NCBI GenBank assembly: GCA_046483065.1
Contig: JAWODW010000037.1
Span: forward strand, 1,779-65,778
Direction: 5' to 3'
DNA: 64,000 nt
From: Longimicrobiales bacterium
GTDB taxonomy: Bacteria > Gemmatimonadota > Gemmatimonadetes > Longimicrobiales > RSA9
The position numbers and the translations under genes were made by a program. The notes beneath the pieces are model-generated. The model was not told the origin of the DNA. It saw only the letters and a program-made list of their open reading frames with translations, and searched no databases. This document shows positions 56,097-64,000 of the stretch, one piece after another (the stretch's first letter is position 1; every line of letters starts with the position of its first letter).

Positions 56097-57896
56097 ATGC
56101 ACGCTCGACCGATCCGCTGGACGACCACACTGCTCGGCCTCGCCTTCGTACTCGTCCTGGCCGCCGCCTCCGACGCCGCCGCCCAGCGGTTCCCGGCCGA
56201 CAGCTGGATGCAGTACCAGAACGTGGAGGAAGCCGGGTTCGACGCCACGAAGCTGGACAGCGCGCGGGCGAGCTGGGAGGCGCTGCCGTCGTCGGCCTTC
56301 CTTGTGGTGGCGGACGGCGCGGTGGTGGCCGCGTGGGGCGACGTGGGCCGGCGGTTCATGTGCCACTCGGTGCGGAAGAGCTTCCTGTCGGCGCTGTACG
56401 GGGTCTACTGGGACCGGGGCGAGCTCGATCTCAACAAGCAGATGGAGGACCTGGGGATCGACGACCACCCGCTCCCGCTGATGGAAACCGAACGGGAGGC
56501 GCGGATCCTGGACCTGCTGAAGGCGCGGTCGGGCGTCTTCCACCCCGCCGCGTACGCGGGCCGGACGGACTCGCGGCCCCGGGGGAGCGAGGGGCCGGGG
56601 CGGTACTTCGCGTACAACAACTGGGACTTCAACACGCTGGCGTATGTCCTCGAGCAGGAGACGGGCGCCGAGGTCTTCACCGCCTTCGACGAGCACTTCG
56701 CCGGGCCGCTGGGGATGGAGGACTGGCGGGTCAGCGACGGGTACTACCACTACGAGCGGGACAAGAGCCGCTACCCGGCCTATCCGTTCAGGATGTCGAG
56801 CCGCGACGCCGCCCGCTTCGGGCTCTTCTTCGCCCGCGAGGGCGTCTGGGACGGTACCCGGATCCTGTCGCGGAACTGGGTCCGGCGCAGCACCGCGACG
56901 TACTCCATCGACGACGAGGTCCGGGGCTACGGCTTCATGTGGTGGACGTACCTCGAGCCCCGCTTCCTCCAGCACGGGATGTACTCGGCGATCGGGGTGG
57001 GCAACCAGATGATCGCAGTGCTCCCGGACCTCGACATGGTGATCGTGAACCGGGCGGACACGTACGAGGGCGAGGGGACCCCGCTGGCCGGGCTGCTGGA
57101 CCTCATCGAGGAGGTCCTCGAGGCACGGACTGGCGACCCCGTCGCCGATCCCGCGCTGGCACCGCTCACCGTCGAGGCGGATCCCATGATCACGATGGCG
57201 TCGGGCGACCGACTGGCCGGGTTCCAGGGCGAGTTCCCATACCCGCCGGCGCCGCTGGGGCTGCCGGTTCGGGCCACGCTCGAGATCGAGCCCGGCGACG
57301 GGCACCTGGTCTCCCGCTCGCCCACTGCCGGTACCTTCCGGCTCTACCTTCAGGATGACGGCACCTTGGTCGCCGAGGACAGCCGTGAGCGGTACTGGCC
57401 CGTGGACGACGACGGCGCCTTCGCCGGTCTCGCCGCCGCGGACCACCTGGTCAGCGCAGCGGTCCTCACCGCCGCCGACGGCCGGACCGGCCGGGCCCGG
57501 GCGCTTTTGAACCGCGTGGAAGCCGCGGCCGGCCCGCTGCCGGAGGTCGGGACCGCCGTGGTCGATCTCCTGGCCGGCGAGACGCGAGCGGCCGAGCGGG
57601 CCGTCCGCGCCCTCGGCGAAACGCACGATCCGGGCACCGTGGCCGGCTCCGTTTTCCGCGCGGGCCTCCAGCTCGCCGAGCTCGAACGATACGGTGCCTC
57701 GGCCCGGGTCCTCGAGCTCGCCACCCGGCTCCGGCCCGATGCCGCTCTCTTCTGGGCCACGTTGGCCGAGGTCCTCGCCGCCGCCGACCGCGACCGCGAT
57801 GCGGCCCGGGCGGCCGAGCGCGCACTGGAGATCGACCCCGAGAACGAGACTGCCCGGGAGACGCTCGACCGGCTCCGGGAGGTTGAGAGGCGGTGA
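56097..57896 (+). CDS. Secreted serine hydrolase (beta-lactamase/PBP class C-like) with C-terminal TPR-like region
   Basis: Signal peptide ...LVLAAASDAAAQ. SxxK motif HSVRKSF, YxN motif YAYNNW. C-terminal helical repeats ending LEIDPENETARETLDRL. Confidence 0.85.
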   Translation: MHARPIRWTTTLLGLAFVLVLAAASDAAAQRFPADSWMQYQNVEEAGFDATKLDSARASWEALPSSAFLVVADGAVVAAWGDVGRRFMCHSVRKSFLSALYGVYWDRGELDLNKQMEDLGIDDHPLPLMETEREARILDLLKARSGVFHPAAYAGRTDSRPRGSEGPGRYFAYNNWDFNTLAYVLEQETGAEVFTAFDEHFAGPLGMEDWRVSDGYYHYERDKSRYPAYPFRMSSRDAARFGLFFAREGVWDGTRILSRNWVRRSTATYSIDDEVRGYGFMWWTYLEPRFLQHGMYSAIGVGNQMIAVLPDLDMVIVNRADTYEGEGTPLAGLLDLIEEVLEARTGDPVADPALAPLTVEADPMITMASGDRLAGFQGEFPYPPAPLGLPVRATLEIEPGDGHLVSRSPTAGTFRLYLQDDGTLVAEDSRERYWPVDDDGAFAGLAAADHLVSAAVLTAADGRTGRARALLNRVEAAAGPLPEVGTAVVDLLAGETRAAERAVRALGETHDPGTVAGSVFRAGLQLAELERYGASARVLELATRLRPDAALFWATLAEVLAAADRDRDAARAAERALEIDPENETARETLDRLREVERR

Positions 57897-57917
57897 TACG
57901 GGCACACGGTCAACCGC

Positions 57918-58140
57918 AGAGACGCGGAGACGCGAAGTACACGCGGAGAACTGCTGCGGGGGTCGATCCGGTGGATTCCGAGCTCGCGGCGGTGGATTCA
58001 AGATTCGCGACGAGGCAGGGCTCCGGGCGTCGGAGTCCGGGATCCGCCAGAGACCCGGCGTCTTCCGCCGCGAAGGGCGCCTCGCCCGGATCAAACCCAA
58101 AACCCTCCCGTACGCTCCGCGCTTCCGCGGCTCCACGGTT
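57918..58140. repeat. Palindromic CGCGGAG heptad element, copy B (downstream flank of the serine-hydrolase gene)
   Basis: Same orientation and the same conserved blocks as copy A. Starts ~20 nt after the stop at 57896. Confidence 0.85.
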
Positions 58141-58270
58141 AACGATGCGCCGTTCCGCGCCGCTCCCGGCCCGTGCGGCAGAATCATCCAATTCCCCACA
58201 GACGGCGGCGGCGGTGGCCCGGATTTTGACAGGTGTTGAACCAACTCACGAATGGAACGGGAAACCGATC

Positions 58271-58720
58271 ATGGCCGAAGCAGAGAAGGAATTCGATCTG
58301 ATGCTCCGCCGGCTCGAGGGCTTCAAGTTCGACACGGAGTTCGACGGCGAGAAGATGGCGAACCTGATGTTCGACGAGCCGGACCCCATCGGCGACGACG
58401 AGGGTCCGAACGCCGCCCGGGTGCTGAGCGCCGCCGTGGGCAACTGCCTGAGCGCGAGCCTGCTCTTCTGCCTGCAGAAGGCGCGGGTCACGGTGGAAGA
58501 CATGACCACCGACGTCCACGGCGTCGTCACCCGGAACGAGGACAAGCGGCTCCGGGTCACGGCGATCAAGGTCCGCATCAACGCCACCATCCCGCCCGAG
58601 GACCAGGACCGGGTCCCCCGCTGCCTCAAGGTCTTCGAGGATTTCTGCGTGGTGAGCGGCAGCGTCCGGAAAGGCATCGACATCGATGTCGAGGTGGACG
58701 TGCTGAACCCATCAAGCTGA
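58271..58720 (+). CDS. OsmC-like family protein
   Basis: Start MAEAEKEFDLM at ATG 58271. AAVGNCLSASLLFCL and FEDFCVVSGSV Cys motifs. Confidence 0.75.
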   Translation: MAEAEKEFDLMLRRLEGFKFDTEFDGEKMANLMFDEPDPIGDDEGPNAARVLSAAVGNCLSASLLFCLQKARVTVEDMTTDVHGVVTRNEDKRLRVTAIKVRINATIPPEDQDRVPRCLKVFEDFCVVSGSVRKGIDIDVEVDVLNPSS

Positions 58721-58721
58721 C

Positions 58722-58790
58722 GCGGAGGCGCGGAAGGGCGCGGAGACGCAGAGGTCTGACCGGTGGCATTCGTGCCCCGGCGAGGCTTTC
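58722..58790. repeat. Single arm of a CGCGGAG heptad element
   Basis: GACGCGGAGGCGCGGAAGGGCGCGGAGACGCAGAGG lies between the OsmC-like stop (58720) and the stop of the ppa remnant (58792). Confidence 0.7.
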
Positions 58791-58791
58791 T

Positions 58792-58905
58792 TCACCCGGC
58801 GGTGTCCACCTCGTACTTGTTCCGCCCGCCCCGGGGGATCTCGATGTACGCGTTCAGGCGGTCGGGTGGGTTGGGGCCGGTGGGCAGGTCGTGAAGCGGA
58901 TGCAT
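58792..58905 (-). pseudogene. ppa: Inorganic pyrophosphatase, N-terminal 37-codon remnant
   Basis: MHPLHDLPTGPNPPDRLNAYIEIPRGGRNKYEVDTAG* matches the family-I PPase N-terminus (..H.IP.G...P...N..IEIP.GS.NKYE.D). It then stops ~140 codons early, next to the CGCGGAG repeat arm 58722..58790. Confidence 0.7.
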
Positions 58906-59125
58906 GGCAGGCGACGCGGGGTGAGGGGAACGGTCGTCGTGACTTCCGATCTCAACGTGCCACGGCCGGGGGCGGCGCGGCAAGCTCCGGGGTGGGGCCA
59001 ACCATTCGCGCGGGTCCGACCTTCCGAGCGAAGCGGCGGTCGCGGCTCGGGAAGGCTGCCGGGCACAGCTGGTCGCGGGTCACGAGAGACCGGCGGCGGC
59101 TCGTCGGGCGGGGCCATCGGCTAGC

Positions 59126-59307
59126 GCGGGGGAAAATCGCGATTTCGTCGCCTGTTCGGGGGCGACATCGCGATCTTCCACGTCAAAGGTGGAAAAATGC
59201 GCTGGGGCGCCACGGGCCCGGCGACCAGGTTGCGTTCTTCCACCGATCAGGGTGGAAAAACGGGATGCGGCGAGCGGGATGCCCGCGAGATTGCGTATTT
59301 TCCCCGC
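59126..59307. repeat. Composite palindromic non-coding element with two TTCCAC-N-GTGGAA sites
   Basis: Outer [20 protein letters not shown] (59126..59143) / ATTGCGTATTTTCCCCGC (59290..59307). Hairpin at 59137..59173. Sites TTCCAC-N7-GTGGAAAAA (59176..59197) and TTCCACC-N6-GGTGGAAAAA (59238..59260). Confidence 0.75.
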
Positions 59308-59360
59308 CTTCGGCACCACGACCTCCCGACCCGGAGGTCCTCACGCGGCTAGAACCACCT

Positions 59361-59531
59361 TCACGTCCCCTCCATGTGCGTCCGGTAGGCGCCTCCGTAC
59401 CGCTCGAGGAGGAGCCGCTCCTCGCGCGGTGTCCGGTAGTCTAGCACGCCGAGCAGCACGAGTCCGACGGCCAGGAGGAAGGCGCTGTCGGCGAGGACCG
59501 CCACGAAAGTACCCCGATACCACAAATCCAT
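59361..59531 (-). CDS. 56-aa membrane mini-protein resembling the C-terminus of ICMT/PEMT-type methyltransferases (possibly a gene remnant)
   Basis: Below the ORF-track cutoff. GGAGGTGAAGG precedes ATG 59531. High GC3. MDLWYRGTFVAVLADSAFLLAVGLVLLGVLDYRTPREERLLLERYGGAYRTHMEGT* (TM helix + EE..L...YG..Y..Y tail). Confidence 0.5.
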   Translation of the reverse strand: MDLWYRGTFVAVLADSAFLLAVGLVLLGVLDYRTPREERLLLERYGGAYRTHMEGT

Positions 59532-59540
59532 CCTTCACCT

Positions 59541-59665
59541 CCTTGCGAGCCCCCGCAGGGGGCGAGCCTGTTGCGGCCGACGGCCGCCTGTTGCGAACGA
59601 AGTGAGCCTGTTGCCGGCCGCAGGCCGGCCTGTTGCGAGGACCGGAGGGCCGAGCCTGTTGCGAG
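59541..59665. repeat. Array of five GAGCCTGTTGCGAG-type repeats (20-26 bp period) interleaved with short GC hairpins, between feoB and the 56-aa ORF
   Basis: CCTGTTGC starts at 59567, 59587, 59607, 59629 and 59655. The spacers are mini-hairpins (CCCCCGCAGGGGG, GGCCGACGGCC, CCGGCCGCAGGCCGG, TCGCCGTCAGGCGA). A terminal half-copy CCTTGCGAG merges into the SD of the small ORF. Confidence 0.9.
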
Positions 59666-59671
59666 TCGCCG

Positions 59672-61900
59672 TCAGGCGACGAGCCTCCACGCCTGCGCCA
59701 CCCCGAACGTCACCGCGAAACCCAGCGCCAGCGGCAGCAGCGCCGCCACCACCGTCCACTTCCCGCTCCCGGTCTCCTTGTAGATGGTGTACAGCGTGGT
59801 GGAGCACGGGTTGTGGAGCAGGCTGAAGAGCATGAGGCTCACGCCGGTAAGAAGGGTCCAGCCGCCGGTGCGGAGAACGTCGGCCATGGCCATGGTGCTG
59901 TCCAGCTCGAACATGACGCCCGCCCCCTCCCCCAGGCCGCCCAGGCTCGCGGTGGTCAGCACGGTGAGCATCAGCACGGTGGGGATCACGATCTCGTTGG
60001 CGGGGATGGCCACCACGTAGGCCAGCAGGATCACGCCGTTCATGCCGAGCAGGAGGCCGAAGGGGTCCAGGGCCGAGATCGCGTGCTCGGCCAGGCTCGC
60101 GTCGGCCACACTGATGTTGGCCAGCAGCCAGATGACGGCGCCGGCGGGCACGGCGAAGATCACGGCGCGCCAGAGCACGATGAGCGTCCGGTCGATGACC
60201 GACGTGTAGAGGGTCTGGAGGATCCGCGGCGGGCGGTACGGCGGCAGCTCGAGGCTGAACGTCGTCGCCTCGCCCCGGAGCACGGTGTTGGAGAGGAGCC
60301 ACGAGCTCAGGAACATGAACCCGACACCGAGCACGGCGATCCCGACCACTGCGGCGGCGGAGACCAGGCCCGCCAGGTGGGCGGGGGCCAGGGCGCCGAT
60401 GAAGATGGTGGCGATGAGGATCTGCGTGGGCCAGCGGCCGTTGCAGAGACTGAAGTTGTTCGTCAGGATCGCGATCAGCCGCTCGCGCGGGCTGTCGATC
60501 ACGCGGGTCGAGACCACGCCGGCGGCGTTGCAGCCGAAGCCCATGGCCATGGTCAGCGCCTGCTTCCCGTGGGCGCCCACCTTCTTGAACATCCCGTCCA
60601 TGTTGAACGCCACGCGGGGCAGGTAGCCGAAGTCCTCGAGGAGCGTGAAGAGCGGGAAGAAGATGGCCATGGGCGGCAGCATGACGGCCACCACCCACGC
60701 CGTGGCCAGGTAGACGCCATCGAAGAGGAACCCGCTCAGCCACCACGGCATGCTGAGCGCCTCACCGACGCCCGTGAGCCACGCGTGCCCGTTGTCCACC
60801 AGCAGCGTGCCGAGCATCTGCGAGGGCACGTTGGACCCGGCGATGGTGATCCAGAAGACCACGGCCAGCATCAACAGCATCAGGGGGAACCCGAGCCACC
60901 GGCTGGTGAGGAGGTCGTCGAGCTTCCGGTCGAAGTCGTACGCCGTCTGCTTCAGGCCCCGGCGCTGCGACCGGTCGGCAATCGCCTGGGCGGCCTGGAA
61001 GAGGCGCGCCATGAGGGCATCGTGGAAGTCCGGGCGGAGGTTCCACCGCAGCCGCGACGCCGTGTCCAGCACCTCCCGGATCGCCGCCTCGTCCCCGGCG
61101 GGCTCTCCGGCGTGATCCTCCCCATGGGCCAGGAGCCCGAGCTCACCGCTGCGCACCGCCTCCTCCACAGCGCCATCGGCGTTCAGCAGCCGGAGGGCCA
61201 CCCACCGAGCGTTGGCCACGCCGGGGTACGCCCGCTGGATGGCCGGGACCAACTCGGCAGCGGCCTGCTCCACCTCCAGTGCGTGGGACTCGAGGCGGTA
61301 CGGCGTGGTGGGCCGCGCGCCGGTGGCCACGGCCTCCACCGCGTCCAGCAGCGCCCCGATACCCTCGCCGGACCGGGCCACGGTGGGGACCACGGGAACG
61401 CCGAGCTCGGCCTCCAGCTTCTCCGGATCCACCGCCGCACCCCGGCGCTCTGCCTCGTCCATCAGGTTCAGGCAGACCACCACACGGTCCGTGATCTCCA
61501 TGACCTGGAGGACCAGGTTCAGGTTCCGCTCCAGGTGCGTGGCGTCGACTACCACTACCGTGACATCGGGGCGGCCGAACACGATAAAGTCGCGGGCCAC
61601 TTCCTCGTCGCTGCTCCCGGCCTGGAGCGAGTACGTCCCCGGCAGGTCCACCACCTTCACCCGCCGGCTGTTGTGGGCGAACACACCCTCGGCACGGACC
61701 ACCGTCTTCCCCGGCCAGTTGCCGGTGTGCTGACGGAGCCCCGTCAGCTCGTTGAAGACGGTGCTCTTCCCCACGTTCGGGTTCCCGGCCAGCGCCACCA
61801 GGTGGTCCCACTTGTCGGGACTCAGACCGAGCCGCACCAGGTTCTGGTGCCGATGCTGCGCCGTCGCGCCCTCCTTCCGGGGCCGCGTGATCGTCACCAT
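59672..61900 (-). CDS. feoB: Ferrous iron transporter B
   Basis: G-domain [28 protein letters not shown]. Long polytopic C-terminal permease domain. Confidence 0.95.
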   Translation of the reverse strand: MVTITRPRKEGATAQHRHQNLVRLGLSPDKWDHLVALAGNPNVGKSTVFNELTGLRQHTGNWPGKTVVRAEGVFAHNSRRVKVVDLPGTYSLQAGSSDEEVARDFIVFGRPDVTVVVVDATHLERNLNLVLQVMEITDRVVVCLNLMDEAERRGAAVDPEKLEAELGVPVVPTVARSGEGIGALLDAVEAVATGARPTTPYRLESHALEVEQAAAELVPAIQRAYPGVANARWVALRLLNADGAVEEAVRSGELGLLAHGEDHAGEPAGDEAAIREVLDTASRLRWNLRPDFHDALMARLFQAAQAIADRSQRRGLKQTAYDFDRKLDDLLTSRWLGFPLMLLMLAVVFWITIAGSNVPSQMLGTLLVDNGHAWLTGVGEALSMPWWLSGFLFDGVYLATAWVVAVMLPPMAIFFPLFTLLEDFGYLPRVAFNMDGMFKKVGAHGKQALTMAMGFGCNAAGVVSTRVIDSPRERLIAILTNNFSLCNGRWPTQILIATIFIGALAPAHLAGLVSAAAVVGIAVLGVGFMFLSSWLLSNTVLRGEATTFSLELPPYRPPRILQTLYTSVIDRTLIVLWRAVIFAVPAGAVIWLLANISVADASLAEHAISALDPFGLLLGMNGVILLAYVVAIPANEIVIPTVLMLTVLTTASLGGLGEGAGVMFELDSTMAMADVLRTGGWTLLTGVSLMLFSLLHNPCSTTLYTIYKETGSGKWTVVAALLPLALGFAVTFGVAQAWRLVA

Positions 61901-61901
61901 G

Positions 61902-62951
61902 TCAGCCCGCCCGCGCCGTCGGCCGCGCTTCGATCTCCACCCACTCGGCCTGCTCCCGACGCAGCGCGATGAGCGCGCCCCGGATCCGGTACGCCACCGG
62001 GTCGCCGCCGCTGCTCACCAGCTCGGGCGCGATCTCGGTGCCCGGCACGACGCCCAGGTCCAGCAGGCGACGACGCTGCGGGCCCTGGCACGACGGCGAG
62101 AGCCCCGCCACCCGGACGGACTCCCCGCGCTCGGCGTCCGCCAGCGTCCGGCGCGGGCCGGCGCCATCCTCGCCCTCGGGGACCGGCTCCACCGTGACGT
62201 TCGCCGCGTCCACCGCGCGGAGCTCGTGCTCCTCGCCCCGCACCCGGATCCGGACGCGGCCCGCCGACCGGCCGGTCTCCTTCCGCTCCACCACCTCCAG
62301 GACGGCGCCCGGCGCCAGACCCAGGTCGACCAGCCGCTCGAACACCTCGTCGGGCTCGTCCTCCAGGTGCCGGATCACCACGCTCTGCCCCGGCGCCACA
62401 CGGCCCAGTGAGGTGCCCGCCGGAGCCGGGATCTCGCCGCCGGCTGTGGGGATCGGGTCGCCGTGGGGGTCGTAGCGCGGGTCGCCGAGACGGCCGGCCA
62501 GCTCCTCCGCCTCGGCCTCCGTGAGCCGGTGCTCCACGCGCTCCGCCTCGGCGTGCCACTCCACGGCGGGTACTCCCGTGCGGTCCGCCAGGTAGCGCTC
62601 CCACAGACGGTGCGTGCGCACGATCCGCAACGCGTACGCGCGGCCCGGCTCGGTCAGCTCGAAGCCCGTCGGAACCGCCTCCGCCAGAGCCCGCTCCGTC
62701 AGCTTCGTCAGGACTTCTGATGCCACGCCACGGGACACGCCGAGCCGGCCCGCAACCGTCTCCAACGTCACCGGACGACCGGCGCGCTCGCAGTCGAGCA
62801 GGTGCTTCAGCCCGTCCTCCAGGCGAACCCGCTCCGTCTCATGGCGCACACGCCGCACGCGTGCGAGCAGGCCGCGCCGGGGCCACACCACGAGGGCGAG
62901 AAGGGCGCCGAGCGCGGCGAAGATGGCGAACGTAACGATGGCGTCAGGCAT
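61902..62951 (-). CDS. Membrane-anchored DtxR/MntR-family regulator fused to two FeoA (SH3-like) domains
   Basis: N-terminal [21 protein letters not shown]. DtxR core [16 protein letters not shown]...[14 protein letters not shown]...HAEAERVEH...DPHGDPIP. Two FeoA-like modules ([12 protein letters not shown]...[15 protein letters not shown]; [10 protein letters not shown]...[12 protein letters not shown]). Confidence 0.8.
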   Translation of the reverse strand: MPDAIVTFAIFAALGALLALVVWPRRGLLARVRRVRHETERVRLEDGLKHLLDCERAGRPVTLETVAGRLGVSRGVASEVLTKLTERALAEAVPTGFELTEPGRAYALRIVRTHRLWERYLADRTGVPAVEWHAEAERVEHRLTEAEAEELAGRLGDPRYDPHGDPIPTAGGEIPAPAGTSLGRVAPGQSVVIRHLEDEPDEVFERLVDLGLAPGAVLEVVERKETGRSAGRVRIRVRGEEHELRAVDAANVTVEPVPEGEDGAGPRRTLADAERGESVRVAGLSPSCQGPQRRRLLDLGVVPGTEIAPELVSSGGDPVAYRIRGALIALRREQAEWVEIEARPTARAG

Positions 62952-62977
62952 AGCGGTTTCCTGGCGGGCGCCGTGAT

Positions 62978-62991
62978 TTAGGCTTGCCTAA
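62978..62991. promoter_or_regulatory. DtxR/IdeR-type iron-box-like palindrome upstream of the feo operon
   Basis: TTAGGCTTGCCTAA (6-bp perfect arms) lies 27 nt upstream of the regulator start codon. It shares TTAGG...CCTAA with the IdeR/DtxR consensus TTAGGTTAGGCTAACCTAA. Confidence 0.6.
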
Positions 62992-63197
62992 CGTTGGAGT
63001 TCGGAGAGACTGCTGTCAAGGGCCGGGGCCACGCCGCGGCCCGAGCGCGTTGAGGCCACCGCCCCACGCACCTTTACGCGCCGCCTCCCACAACGGACAT
63101 TGAGAAGCGATGAAGTCTACCCGGGCCGCGGGGTGAGAGGCGATGTCGTCGTAGGGCCCCGGGGTCCGCCGCCCAACCGAGAAACCGAGAGGGAGTG

Positions 63198-64000
63198 ATG
63201 CATAGAGCTTGGATCGCGGTGCTGGCGCTGGTGGTGGCCGTGCCGGCCGCCGGACAGCAGAGACTGGGCAGCGTGCAGGAGGCGCTGCAGGCGTCGGGTC
63301 AGCTGGCGGGGTCGTCGGGCCCGGCCAGCGTGAACTGGATCGAGGGCGGCGAGGAGTTCAGCTACACGATCCGGAACCCGCAGACGCGGCAGCCGGAGGT
63401 CCGGCGGTTCAGCCCGAGCACGCTGTCCGACCAGATCCTCTTCGACGCCCGCAGGTTGACGCTGCCGGGCACGGGCGAGCCGATGCAGTACCGGTCGTTC
63501 GAGTTCGGGCAGGGCTCGAGGAACCTGGTATTCGAGACCAATTTCCGCCCGATCTACCGGAACAGCGGGCTGGCGGACTTCTACATCTACGACCTGGAGA
63601 CGGAGGAGCTGCGGCTGGGCGCGAAGGACGCCCGCACCGCCGACCTCTCGCCGGGTGGCGGGCTGCTCGGCTTCGAGCGGGGCGGCAACCTGTACGTGGT
63701 GGACCTGGAGGCCGGTGAGTCCGGCGAAGAGCGGCAGCTCACCGATGTGGACGGCGACAGCATCTTCAATGGCCGCTTCGACTGGGTCTACGAGGAAGAG
63801 TTCGGGTTCGCGCAGGCGTGGAAGTGGAGCCCCGACGACCGGCGGATCGCGTACTGGCAGACCGACGAGCGGGGCGTCCCGGTCATCCAGATCACGGACT
63901 GGGAGGGCCATTACCCGGAGTGGACGCGGATCAACTACCCGAAGGTCGGTGAGGAGAACCCGGAGGTCCGGATCGGCGTCGTGGACGTGGAGAGCGGCGA
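63198..64000 (+). CDS. Dipeptidyl-peptidase IV (S9B) family protein, N-terminal part (3' end outside window)
   Basis: Absent from the ORF track because it has no stop in the window. ATG 63198 follows GAGGGAG. Signal peptide MHRAWIAVLALVVAVPAAGQQ. DPPIV_N motifs FNGRFDWVYEEEFGF..AWKWSPDDRRIAYWQTDE and YPKVGEENPEVRIGVVDV. Confidence 0.85.
   Translation, partial: MHRAWIAVLALVVAVPAAGQQRLGSVQEALQASGQLAGSSGPASVNWIEGGEEFSYTIRNPQTRQPEVRRFSPSTLSDQILFDARRLTLPGTGEPMQYRSFEFGQGSRNLVFETNFRPIYRNSGLADFYIYDLETEELRLGAKDARTADLSPGGGLLGFERGGNLYVVDLEAGESGEERQLTDVDGDSIFNGRFDWVYEEEFGFAQAWKWSPDDRRIAYWQTDERGVPVIQITDWEGHYPEWTRINYPKVGEENPEVRIGVVDVESG

Noticed and set aside
55917-58244. A 775-aa minus-strand ORF covering the serine-hydrolase gene and both flanking repeats.
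   Set aside because: It is antisense to a gene with signal peptide, SxxK and YxN motifs. It runs straight through non-coding repeat elements and its composition is low-complexity.
59126-59307. A chromosomal replication origin was considered, because of the DnaA-box-like TTTTCCACC sites.
   Set aside because: There are only two to four weak boxes, no AT-rich unwinding element, and no dnaA, dnaN, parAB or gidA context. DnaA binding is retained only as a low-probability alternative in the finding.
59541-59665. The regularly spaced repeat array was considered as a CRISPR array.
   Set aside because: The repeats are only 12-14 nt and the spacers 9-14 nt, and the spacers are themselves hairpins. 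There are only five units and no cas genes or leader. I treat it as a BIME/REP-like array instead.
59633-61972. A 779-aa plus-strand ORF.
   Set aside because: It is the mirror frame of feoB, whose G-domain and permease motifs are unambiguous on the minus strand.
63117-63911. ORF-track entries 63117..63911 (-) and 63209..63718 (+).
   Set aside because: Both are alternative frames of the DPP-IV gene (63198..window end, plus strand). That gene has a signal peptide and DPPIV_N motifs but is missing from the track because it lacks a stop in the window.

Overview
This is a very GC-rich bacterial chromosomal segment. GC was judged by eye and not computed. The gene content (many signal-peptide peptidases, a BNR/sortilin-like protein, DPP-IV, HEAT-repeat proteins) looks Gemmatimonadota-like, but that cannot be shown without a database search. 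All family calls rest on motif recognition, signal peptides, start/stop geometry and third-codon-position GC. No searches were run, and start codons are my best guesses.

I call 58 protein-coding loci, five of them gene remnants or frameshifted. I found no rRNA, tRNA, CRISPR array, integrase or transposase.

Recognisable blocks:
- An ECF sigma / anti-sigma / two secreted HEAT-repeat proteins operon.
- A TetR-TolC-HlyD-2xABC-2xABC2 efflux operon.
- purE-purK-HD.
- A seven-gene signalling operon: TLC-like transporter fused to HEAT and cNMP-like domains, response regulator, polytopic histidine kinase, secreted PI3/PI4-kinase-fold protein, and two small proteins.
- A BNR-repeat protein and a MATE transporter.
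- A decayed stretch at 30.1-32.2 kb with three gene fragments.
- ggt, gltA and a co-directional peptidase cluster (M14, M23, AstE-like) that contains a membrane-anchored degenerate DEAD-box/cold-shock fusion.
- A cNMP-like histidine kinase with a response-regulator/thioredoxin-reductase fusion.
- vapBC.
- A feo operon with a membrane-anchored DtxR-FeoA-FeoA regulator.

The most notable leads:
1. Three paralogous signal-peptide proteins with type II PI4-kinase-like motifs. Two sit next to polytopic sensor kinases, and one shares an operon with an ATP:ADP-antiporter-like protein.
2. An abundant family of long palindromic intergenic elements built from CGCGGAG/CGCGAAG heptads. Copies flank an accessory gene and abut truncated genes.
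3. Several other unexplained structured repeat arrays.
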